The notes under the pieces: generated by a model
Database searches by the model: none
Told to the model about the DNA's origin: nothing
Seen by the model: only the letters and a program-made list of their open reading frames with translations
Shown here: positions 51,464 to 62,547 of the stretch, piece after piece
Numbering within the stretch: the stretch's first letter is position 1
Layout: each line of letters starts with the position of its first letter
From: Fistulifera solaris
Taxonomy: Eukaryota
Assembly (NCBI GenBank): GCA_030295235.1
Contig: AP026133.1
Location: 682,001-746,000, forward strand
Direction: 5' to 3'
DNA length: 64,000 nucleotides
Translations under genes and position numbers: made by a program

Positions 51464-52919
51464 TTACAAAACAACAAAACTATAAAAGTAGATTACACTA
51501 ATCCTATGGTATCTAGATATTGGTATGTTTTGCCTCACTCTGGTCTCCGTACTTTTTATCATCTTTGGGAGCGCCAGCAGGTTTGGCACTGGCCGGGGAG
51601 GATCCTTCAGATTGCTGTTCGTTGTAGTCTTATCAACATCCATAGGTGTCGCACCTTTGCTATTCAAGCCTAAGAAATCTCGGATGTTGTTCTGATGTTC
51701 GTTTTCAAAGACAAAAGTCGTGGTCGTCGGCGTCGTCGTCTCTCGTCCCTTTCGCTTCTTGTTTTCGCGATCCACACTCATATCGTTGCTTTCCTCCGCG
51801 TTAGAGTCGTTTGCTTCTGTTTGCTCATCTTCATCGTCAAAGCAACTCTCCCATGCGTCAGGAACAGTCTGGCTGCGGAATTCGATAGGACGAGCTTCCT
51901 TCATCTCCATGACAACAAACTGCTCCTGCGATCCTTGCACCCCAAACTTGAGTAGAACAAGCTGGTGTTCCTTTGGAGTATCCGGATTCCACTGCATCTC
52001 AACATCAAATGGCAATTCAATTCGACACTTCTTGACAATTCGTTTGCGTGGGTCGCTATCCTTGATATCTTTTATAGCTGAGTTGTGCGCAACAACTTTC
52101 GTGTGGTTCGGACCATGAGCAGCGTCTTTCCAAAACTTCTCGTCAAATTTCTTGGGATCATAGATCGAGTCATCCGTAACGTCAATGGCAACAGTCGCAG
52201 TCCGGGGATTCTCGATGTATGCACTGACGTAGCTCTTCAAACCGCATCCGGGGGCTGGGGTGCGCAACGCGCCTGCAGGTAAGCGAACAATTACCGTCAC
52301 ATCCGCGCCTGGTTTGATCCTACCCATTCGAGCACGAGCAATGGGAGTTCAAAATCAACGTTGGCATTCGGATTCTTTTTCTTGCCCGAATTCTTGTCGC
52401 TCTTGTCGCCTTTGTTTTGTGCTGCTTTCTTCTTCTGGCAGTCTTCAGCGTCTATATCGATCCCTAATGAAACGGTCAGATAGGTTTGTTGAAGGCAGCA
52501 AAGAGGAATAAATGAAAGCTTACCACCAAAGTTCTCGTCAAGGTCATCCAAGCCCGTTCCACCAACATCGTCGTCATCATTGGCATCTGATGATTCGTAT
52601 CCCGCAGCTGCGGCCATTGCAAGAATTGCCGGATCGACTAGAGCCGGTTTGAGACATTTCTTCCACACCTTGGCCTTCTCTTTCCACTGCTTTCGGGCGC
52701 CATCCAAATTGGCGGTGAAGTTTCGCTTTTGTATTGGAAGAAAGGACTCATGGCCCGTACCGCTGCCGGCCCTTCGCCGCCATCTTTCTTTCCCTCTACC
52801 TTGATAAGCTTCGTCTTCAGCATGTAAATTAGAGTATGCCATCCCTCGCAATCTCCGCACTCTTTCCATGCTTTTAGATTGGGGTCAAAGTCGTCATCAT
52901 CGTCATCTTTCTTTGGCAT
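51464..52919 (-). CDS. Transposon-associated ORF C (putative N-terminal DNA-binding region plus HTKVVAH domain)
   Basis: Contains LPLLVLEW, then after a frame break VIVRLPAG...HTKVVAH...IELPF...MEMK. Probable intron 52464-52523; frame breaks near 52730 and 52300. Confidence 0.7.
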
Positions 52920-55709
52920 TGTTCAAAGCTCGAGTGCTGCGTTCTGAGTGCGTGAAATCGTTGCTGCCGGCGATTTGTGAGAATTACCGATTGTTACCAA
53001 AACCAAGATCCGCGAGACGCGGAAATGTGCTTACGTACAAGCGTGAAGCGTGAAGCATGGGGAAATCACAGATCACAGCATCATCAGACATCAGATTCTG
53101 TCACGAATGTCCGATGTCCCCGTTTTAAGTACGTTCAAATTATTTAGCATCATTTAGCATCTTCCTGTTTCCAGCGTCTCATGTCTCATGTCTCATTTCA
53201 TTGCTTGAACACAGAGAACTGTGACGTTCGACAGTCGACAAACAAATCACCAAATCACCTGGTCCTGGTATCGACTATCGACGCTCGATGCAGCTCGACG
53301 GCTTTGGTGATTATTTATTATTTTATCCGCTTGAGGCCCAAGGAATGCCTACTTTAAGTAGATGTTTGAAGACACAAGACACCCTAGTTTAGAAAATCAT
53401 AATATAATAATGTACTTTACAAAAATGAAGCAAAAAACTCTAGGACCTAAAGAATCCCGGATTACGTACTACTTTCTGCATCTAAAATCTAGAGTCTCGA
53501 GTCACGAGTTTTCAGTATCCCGTGGTGAATTCCGAATACCAGAATGACGATGGAGAATGGAGATTGGAGATCGAGAACGAGGACAACAGCAAAACAGTGA
53601 AACGTTCCAGTTAGTGTTTACTTTACACAAAATCACAGAGACACAAAAAATGACATCATCAATCATCATTCCTCATCTACCATCTTTTTTTTTGAAACAC
53701 GATACACGATCAACGATCAGAACTCGGAACTCGCAACTCGCAACAAAACAAATACAGAGTAAAATACTCCGTACTCCGTACCAGGTACGGGGTACGGAGT
53801 AGGGAGTACAAAAAACTCCGTAGGCAAATGGCAATAAAAAAATCAACTAGTCTATCAGCGTTCATAAATTTAGTCCAAAAACGAGAAACGAGTTCCAAGT
53901 TCCAAGTTCAAAGGGTCCAAGGTCCAAGGGTCATTGGTCATAGTTCTGGTCAGCGAAGACCGAAGACTACCAGGTACCTACAATCTACAAGTATAGCTCC
54001 AACTCTCTCTACAGAGGTCTGCTCTGGCCTCTGAAAAGTAAGAGCACATGACAAACAGTCTGCTAGTCTACACGTCCATTGCTCATTATTTCGCCCTCAG
54101 CCTCACCCATAACAGGTACCGTAGCAGAACTGATAGCCAAATTCGGCTTACCATAACTTCTTGTACGGATTTTCGAACGGTAAGCTGTCAGTTATCAAAT
54201 CGTTTCGTACCGTTACAATGGGGAGGAGCGCACGCGTGAAACACTTCGGCTAGCGTCAATGCAGTCTTCCCGAGTTATAATTGAGGTTATTCTTAATCCT
54301 AATCATCATCAATCATCGTCACGATCGTCCATCCTCAAATATTTCACGAGGAACACATTCATAGCTCGTCCGCTACCAATCCACTCAAGAAATAAAGTGG
54401 CGAATAACCATCGTTATGTTATGATAGGTAAACTTTCATAGATTTCCTAATTATGATATTTCCCGCAGTCTCCAGGAACAATCAACGCCGTGTGAATGCG
54501 AAGGTATTTTATTTTGATTACTTGAGAGGAGCCCCGAAATATGTCACTCCCGCGTGACAGTGTATGTGTGTCGAGGCGCAATAGTCGCACCTTTGCTGTG
54601 GAATATTCGACTCTTGTCTTTGCGTCTCCACTCAAGGTATTTTCCGTTCCACGACCCCCATAGACCTCATCAACGAATAAAAATTGCGTGGGACATTGAT
54701 GTAATGGCAGTGAGTTGAGTTTCCAATTCTATCACAAATTTGGGTCAGTGCATTTCTCACTCTTCCACTAACAAATCCTTTTTACGCACGCGAACATGTC
54801 GAATTTCCAGTCTCTCCTTACCATTTTCTATTTGCTTCTTTTGAGTCGCCACGCAAGCGGTCAAGTTGCTGGTCGTCGTATGCAAGTTCGTAAGCTCGGA
54901 AAGGGCTATTCGAGCCAGTGGATGGAGGAAGTTTTGGACGACAAGAAGGAGGTGTGTCTTCGACGATGTATGTAACTTATATGCTGCTCTGCGCCTTCTC
55001 TAACAACTGTTTTTCGCAGATGGAATACTATTGGAGCCATTCCGTCGAAACATCGTTGTCTATGAGTTGGTCCATGAGTTATCCTATTCACACACGCGGA
55101 AAGGAGCGCAAATTGAAAGCCTAATTCGCTTTTGTGTGAATACTTCCCAACTCTTTTACTTCCTTAGTTACGATGATCCGTAAAATCCCGTAAAGAAAGA
55201 AAGTGGGATGAACATTGGCAGTGTTATAAATGTTGGCTGTTAAATGTTGATGGTTACTATCGTTTTCGTAACCAATAATTGAAAAAATGTCGTTACCAAA
55301 TTAAGATTTCGCGTATATTGCTCTAGGACCCACCAGCATTAGTGTAGCGGTCGATTGAAAAGCTCCTTTTATAGTTTATGGTGCGTTTGTTTTGAGACTT
55401 GCTATTCAATCAGCTACTGGTACGATCACCGAAAAATGCAAAGATCCTCGCGAGAGCGTGGAGCGTGGACGTGGACGTGGACGAATAGGGATCAGGTCAC
55501 GAGCGTGCTCTATCATACCCGCATTTTTACCTGTGCGACACACCGTGTCGTCGAACGGGTATTACATTTTTCAACCGACTTTGTTGCAACCATGGACGAT
55601 TAAAGCGAAAACATACCAGTATCTACCGACAATCTAAAAAGCTCTGCATTAAATTCAGATGATCGCTGCATTGATATAAGGTCGAGTGACGAGGAGCACA
55701 CCGCAAGCC

Positions 55710-58700
55710 ATGTCGACGTTTTTCCGGTCAGCGGCAATGTCCATTTTGTCGAGGACATTGCAGACATTGCTTTACAAATACTTATTAGATGTCGACGTAG
55801 AAGGAGTTGCCTTGCCGTCGCTGTACGAAAACGGCTGGGGAGTTCGCCTTTCTAATGTAAAACTTCGAGAGGGTATCAAATTGATGGACCTTCCCGGAAC
55901 TTTTCCAAAGAAAAGCGACGGAAAGAGAAAAACGCTCGCAGAAGAGGTCTTCAAATGATCCAGAGAAAAATTCAGCCAACAACACCGAGAGTGAAACGAA
56001 TGATCATAAAAATTCATTTCATGCATCTCAGACTGGAATCTCTGACGTGAATGTTGACCCAGAAGACCAAATTCCTGCTGTGGAAACGAGCAGCTCTTGG
56101 TTTAGTCGGCTTTACTGCCGCTCCACACCGCAAGCAGTTACCGTTCCTCTAATACCTGAACCTATAAAGCCTACCCCTGACCACGCTCATCAGCCAGACG
56201 ATCTTGTAGATGTTGCAGAAGCACTTCCGAATGGCGAGGAGTCGTCTGAAAATACAGAAGCGTCAGACCACGAAGCAAAGTCAGATCCTTCACCGCCTGT
56301 CATTTTGCGACTTGGGAAAGATGGTCATATTGGAGTTTTAGATGTCCGACTAGTTGGAAAAAGTATTCGAGTACTAGTTGAGGACGCATCACTGACGGTG
56401 GAAGTAATACAGGCTCGTGTAGACGACGAAGAGGATGCAACAGAAACATCGAAAGCTGAAGTCCGCAAAACGCTAAAAGACACGAAACCCCCGTCTACAG
56501 TGGGTGAGCGAGTTCTTGCAGAAAACTCCTTGGCTCGCATCTTTTCGGCTATTCCGAATCTGTTTCTGAGAGACATTCGGCTACGAGTCATTATTCGAGC
56601 AAACGCGACGGTGTCATCGTCCTCCCCACAATCGGAAGAAGTGTCCGAGGAAATCGAACAAGATGACACCGTTTTAGATTTTGCAATCGAGCTACTTTCT
56701 GTCACAGACGGAGAAGACTTTCTCTCAAATTTTCGAGCAGCGGCTGACGTGGAATCTGTTTCCGACTACGACGAGAATGAAGATCACACCGAGTCGGTCA
56801 CAGAAGAAGCTTCTGATTTCTTTAAGAGCAATCCCAGCAGAGACAACTTTAACGAGTTTGATGTGAAGCGCATTCGGACAGGTCGCGGTGAAGAAGGCGG
56901 CGTAACGATACGAGTCTATTCTGGTTCTGATATGGGCAATTTCGATAGAAGATACACTGCGCCCGTATGGGCTCGCCAGCAGTTTCTGTCATCGTCAAAC
57001 TATTATGCTTTGCGTTTATCGGGTGTTGACATCGAGTCTCGTGTGTTTCTGGGCGAGAACAGTGATCTCGTAGCTTCGGGTGATGTATATGTCGATGATT
57101 TTCGAATGGACTCGATGTTATTTAATATCGACTTCATTGCCCCCGCTTCGAAGAAGCCTCTCCCGCCAATCAATTCGAAACACGAATACCTTGAAAAGGA
57201 CGACCAGTCATGGTCCTTACCTGGTGCAACGACGTTTGCTGCAGATATGAATGGAATACAACGATGCGGCTTGAAGAGTAATTTCCATCGAGTTTCGCGA
57301 GGCATGGTACCTGTCCCATGTGATGGCAATCATCTCCCATGTGAATATTGTTCGAAATGCTGGGTAGAATGTCAGAGCAATCCAATTAATAAGCATTTCT
57401 TGGACAATTCTCTTCCCATGGGTGGATTCGTGATGCATGCTTCAATTCGTGATATTCTTGAGATCAATGTTGACCGTCGATTGCTCGAGACAATTGCGAT
57501 ATTGGTTAAAGTGTTCAAGAGACGAACCTCGCCCGCAGATGTGGAACTGGAGACAGCTGAATCACAAGCAGGGGATAAGACTGACACTAGCGATATCTCT
57601 GAATCTTGGGATGTCGACAACAGCAAATCACAATTGTTTTCTACAAGTTTCCATGATGATAGGGCTCGCTCTAGAACATCAACTCAACGGGGTACCAAAG
57701 ATAAAAGTAACGGAACGAGGAACGACGAGGATGCGTCTAAATCTTCAGTCCGGACCGTCAACGAGAACTTAAATTCATCGTTCCCACCATACATGCAACC
57801 AGAAAAAATCCAAATTCTCGGCCTTCATATCGGGGAAGTAAAGTTTCGAGTCCACATACTCCGTAACGACTCACCCGATCGAAATTTTACTTTCTGCTAT
57901 TGGGATCTTAACTCAAAGTGTCTGACCGCTGACGTACAGCGTCTTACGGCCAGTGAGTGTCCATTTCAAGATACTCGAATTGATATCGGGCAACTGATGG
58001 TGGTAGAACATATTGGCATTCAAACCAAAATTCTAGCAAGCTTGGGAACGCGGCATCCAGAAGTCGATCTCGATGAAATGACTGTTCAGACATTACTTTC
58101 CAAGGAAACCGACAATTTGCGCCCTCCGTGGCCATCGACCGCAGCTATACTTCTCGATTTACCGCCGCCTCTTGAAACAATTCTTTACGAAGCACGAGAA
58201 AGACATGGTTTGCAACTACGACTTCTAAAGGTTGACACCTCTCCACAGTCATCTTCAAGAATACCGACTAGTCTGAACGTTGCGCTTGGAAGTACTTCCG
58301 TAGACGTTCCTTTTGGAGTCCAAAGCACGGTGTCGTCAGTAATCAATATCGCGAAGAATATCGTTATGGGAACTCCAATTGAAGTGGATGGCAAAGATGA
58401 AAACCCACTGGCAAGTTGTTCAACAAGCTCCGAGGGACGTGACTCGGTGATTCTCTACAAACTTCGTGCTAGTGGAGGGAGAGTGAAAATGCACCCCAGG
58501 TTCGATGTTAGCTTGCCCCTTTCGACAGCATTTGGTGAATGGTCGTCTTTGTCGGGTATTTGCTTGGAAACTGTGCTAAATGGTGCAAGGATAAAATACT
58601 CTAATCCTACTTCTTCGAGAAGAAATGAACGTTTCCTTTCCTTGCAAAATTTGGCTGAATTACCGGAGCATGTTCGACTCAGAATACTGCTTTTCCTTCC

Positions 58701-58980
58701 TGATTTAAAGACGATGGAAAAAGCACTTGGGATGAAAGCTGCCCCCAATTCCTTCATGCGATGCCGCGCGGTTAATAAAGGATTGGTAAAGGTTGCTCGG
58801 AGAATGATGACGAACACGCTGACTGAGCACGAAGATGATGAACCTTCGAAGACGGTAAGTCGTCGACAAGAGCTCATGGAAGAATTCATGAAACTTGGAG
58901 AATCGGAACTAGAAGATCTGTTCAGAATATACAATCGACGCCTTAAACAGTCGAGCAGGAATCCCACCTCGCGCCGTTGA
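55710..58980 (+). CDS. Large protein with chorein_N/VPS13-like N-terminus
   Basis: N-terminus ILSRTLQTLLYKYL...GVRLSNVKLR, then GHIGVLDVRL...IRVLVED and NLFLRDIRLRV. A 977-aa downstream ORF is joined through an intron or indel near 55950-56045. Confidence 0.55.
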
Positions 58981-58981
58981 G

Positions 58982-60290
58982 TCACCTGCGATGAGTGTAC
59001 TCAACTTCGATAAGATTCAGTGCTCGCTGAGCCAGCTCGTATGCTACCCTAGCAAGATTGGCTTCTGCTAGAGATGCTTCCATTCTGTCTTTCAAGTGCA
59101 AATCCTGGTCATTTACTAGTTTGTCCAGCATGACGCCAAGGTGAATTAAATCGAATACTTTTTCTGATGCGGTATACTCGTGAGGTGGACTCTGAGTAGG
59201 AAGTAGTTTCACCATACCCACAAGTATCATAAAGAAGAAAGCAGTCACATCTAGGCCTACACATCCCCGTAACATAGATTCTTTCGCGTCCCAACCGTAC
59301 ATAAGTTCCGGAGTCGATTCTTCCCATTCCTTCAGCTCGGTCTCGACAGACTCTAGTTCACCCCGTATGCATTGCCAAACCGAGCCTAGATTCGATGAAG
59401 TGATCCAATTGTGATTCACTGATAAAGTTTCTCCAATATTCTTTACCGTATGAGGCATCATGGCAGGTACAAACACGCAGTCTCCTGCATGCTGCAAGAG
59501 TGTAACGGGAGCTGGGGTATAGAACGTCCACTCTTTCGTACCAATGATATTGAACGACCAAGAAAATGAGTTCAAGACATCTGTATGCCGGCCCGTATGT
59601 GACCCATCTGGTCCCCAGTAGGTAAATCGATAGTCTCCGTTGGTACACAGCAATTGCATCTGATTCAGTAAATCGCATTCGAAATGAGGCGGAGTCTGAT
59701 ATAATGGTTCCTCATTCGGAAAATTTGATTCATAATACTTCTGAAAGTGCCAATCCTTCAAATAAAAATCATTTGACGAAGTATCCAATTTTTCGAACCA
59801 TTCCGTTAAAGTGAGATGTTCGGTTGAAGGCTCGTAAGCACGACCTTGATCATCGACGGCAGACAATGTGGACGGGTTTGTTCGCTTGACGGGCAGAAGA
59901 TCTGCTTGCCTCCATTGATCCGCAAACCACTGTCGCCGCTTTTCCGGGGATCTTCCCCACCACTCCATAATTCTTCCAAAATATCGTTCAGCCCAAGCGG
60001 GATCTTGAATGAGACAAGGGCGATTCGTTTTTAGGACGAATTGCTCACGAAATTGGCTTGGACACGGCATTTCTTGAAGAATTGCAGGGGGAGGGGAAGA
60101 CGATGATTGCGGGAATGCCTGCAAATGCTTTTTTTTGGAAGAACTCCGTATTCCGTAGAACTGTATCATTTTCTGGTAAATGTTTGTCTTTTAGTTGACT
60201 TATACAGAATTCAAGCGCTCGACGCATCGAAATTGTGTGCTCGGAAAGAAATTTCTCTTCGTCATTTTCGTGAGGAGTCTCGTCGTCCAT
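58982..60290 (-). CDS. JMJD4: JmjC-domain oxygenase, JMJD4-like
   Basis: Motifs NRPCLI, YLKDWH, DYRFTYWGP, HTDVLNSFSWS, GTKEW, FVP...HTVKN and SVNHNW. The N-terminus lies in a shifted frame across the T-run near 60130. Confidence 0.88.
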
Positions 60291-61255
60291 CTTTGCAAGC
60301 CGTTTCTCAATGAGCGCTTGACTTCAGGCCCGGTTATGTTTAGCTACCAAACCAAAGTAACGATGATGTAATAGCCCTAAGGTTTCATTTCCAGGGAACT
60401 CAGCTAATTGTCATGAGGTGGAATAAAAATAAGCGTTTGCATATTTTTCTTTTTGTTTTGTTGCTCATCACTCATCATTATTATTCTCTCACCAGGTATT
60501 GCCCGTCTGTCATTTCTTCGTCGTCTTGGCTTATATAGCTGTTTGTGTAGGCCGCAATCGAGGTGGTCACCATGATGGACGATCGCCATTGCGGCAAAAC
60601 ATGCCAGCTGAATCTTTTTCATGCTTACGACTTTTACGACAACCCTTTATCTCAAATAATTACTGCGCTACATGCTCGGCTCGTTTCGATAAGAAGACGC
60701 TCAAACACAAGAATCTTTTATCGATTTATGATGAACAACATTTTGCGCTTCTCTTGACTAACAAAAAGGTCACGAAAGGCCATGCCGCACGTGTTTCATC
60801 ACGAACAGATCGTTTCATAATCGAATATTTCAATAGAAAAGACGTGATCGCCATTCTTTGTCGCATGCTGCCATAAGCAACCGAATATTGATAGCGTCAA
60901 AGCGAGATGGACAGTTTCATTTGGCTTACGATAGGGAGATATTTCTGACAAGAAGCGGTTGTGAGCTTTGTGGAATTCTTGCTTGGGCACACTCTTTTCG
61001 GGAAGCGCAAGGGGTGCCCGGCCGCGAGTCGTCGCACCAGTTGCTTGTTTCGTGAGGTACAAGGTGAATCTATTCGCAGCGGCGAGAAAGACCTTCGTGG
61101 AGTGCTGTTTGGCTGCTAAGAGCGCTATTGTAAGGACAATACATTTTCGTCTTGACAAATCATCAAAGGCTTTTTTTAGCCTTGAGGCCAATTTTTTCTC
61201 TTCATGCCGCAAGAAATAATGCAGTTTACGTTATAAATATTACAGATGGAATAGG

Positions 61256-61996
61256 TTAGCTGTCATGGGAAGAACACCATGGGATGGAAAAAATGTGCGA
61301 CATTGCCGAAGACGATCGCGAGTCGCACGTACTACAGGTCAAGTTCGATCCTTTGAATGAAACGTCGGTTAAAGGGATTTCACGACCCTTATCACCAAAC
61401 AGTTTCTCGGTTCCTTGTTCGTCCTGTTCTGTGTTCGAGTGATTCCGTGTTGGTGATAAAGTCCTTCGAGGAGACGAAGTAAGTGTGCGAGATGATTCTG
61501 AATGCGAAAACCACCGACTATTCTCTTTAACGAGAAGTCGCCTTCTTGGATCTTCAACTCCCGTCGAGGTTGTCGATATAGTTATTTCCCGAGGAAACTC
61601 AACTGTCGCCACAATATCTCTTCGTTTCGGTTTCTTTGGCGACTCTTTAGGCGTGCGCTCGGCCCAAGAGTCCCATCGGTTCATTTCCATCGCTCTGGAC
61701 CTTGAAGATAAATGGCGTTCCGGTGACAAAGAGCTTCTGCGTGAAGTAATTGATTCATTGTCACTTATCTCGAGCGCGGGCGAAGTCGAAAACGATGTTA
61801 GACTGCAAAGCGACGACGACGACAAATCGCTTAATCTTTCCGAACTTTGCAGAATTACTGCTATTTTTTGGGTCGACAAGCTTTTACGACTGTCAACTCG
61901 AATTATTCGTATTGACGGTTGACCTTGTCTTGACTTCCGAGCCACCATGATCCTACGGATCGGCATCGTCTCATGAATGAGTAATCTACCAACCAT
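61256..61996 (-). CDS. Hypothetical Ser/Arg-rich protein
   Basis: ORF of about 246 aa with low complexity and RW...SP.KPKR motifs; no recognisable domain. Confidence 0.5.
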   Translation of the reverse strand: MVGRLLIHETMPIRRIMVARKSRQGQPSIRIIRVDSRKSLSTQKIAVILQSSERLSDLSSSSLCSLTSFSTSPALEISDNESITSRRSSLSPERHLSSRSRAMEMNRWDSWAERTPKESPKKPKRRDIVATVEFPREITISTTSTGVEDPRRRLLVKENSRWFSHSESSRTLTSSPRRTLSPTRNHSNTEQDEQGTEKLFGDKGREIPLTDVSFKGSNLTCSTCDSRSSSAMSHIFSIPWCSSHDS

Positions 61997-62547
61997 TCTG
62001 ATATTTGTCTTGTTGGTCAAAGCAACGATCGAAGATTAAAAAAATGACTGAGTCAACCAATGGAGCAAAGAAGGAAAATATCGACAAAGAAGTAATTGTT
62101 TCTAGTTCTTGCAATCCCTACTCGGTTAACCTCTCTATACAATCCGTTATGTAAGTCTGTGCAGAACTCCAGACGCCTGACTACTGAGTACACCTGGTAA
62201 ACAAACTCTTTCTGAGAGAGAGAGCGAGGGCACTGATCGAGAATCGCGAGCAAGCTCCGCCCCCAAGTGTAATTTATCCGGTGAAGGCGGAAAAGGAGTG
62301 ATAATCACAAAATTCTACTTCAAAAGACGAACACAGAAAAGAGACTATAGCACATACGTAGGAAGAAAAGAACATTTCCCAATAAAACACATGATAGCAA
62401 GTAGCAACCAGTACCGGTTAGGGTTAAAGTAACTATTCCTGAGTCCTTTGTTAACTTCACAATAGCTGTTTGGATCAATTCGACTACGCAGAATTCAATT
62501 TTCGACTCCAAAAGTTCATCAGATCAACCGATCATTTGCTTTTCAGC

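Noticed and set aside
47400..54000. Terminal inverted repeats and TSD for the Harbinger element
   Set aside because: The only candidates (TACTCCGTA near 47836 and TACGGAGTA at 53793) belong to the dispersed TA-ladder motif. I found no convincing TIR pair by eye.
54000..55650. ncRNA or gene in the long intergenic stretch
   Set aside because: Only short ORFs and a (CGTGGA)n microsatellite near 55457. I recognised no tRNA, rRNA or snRNA signature here or elsewhere in the window.
60404..61219. Short ORFs on both strands
   Set aside because: No recognisable motif or consistent gene model; a small frameshifted gene cannot be excluded.
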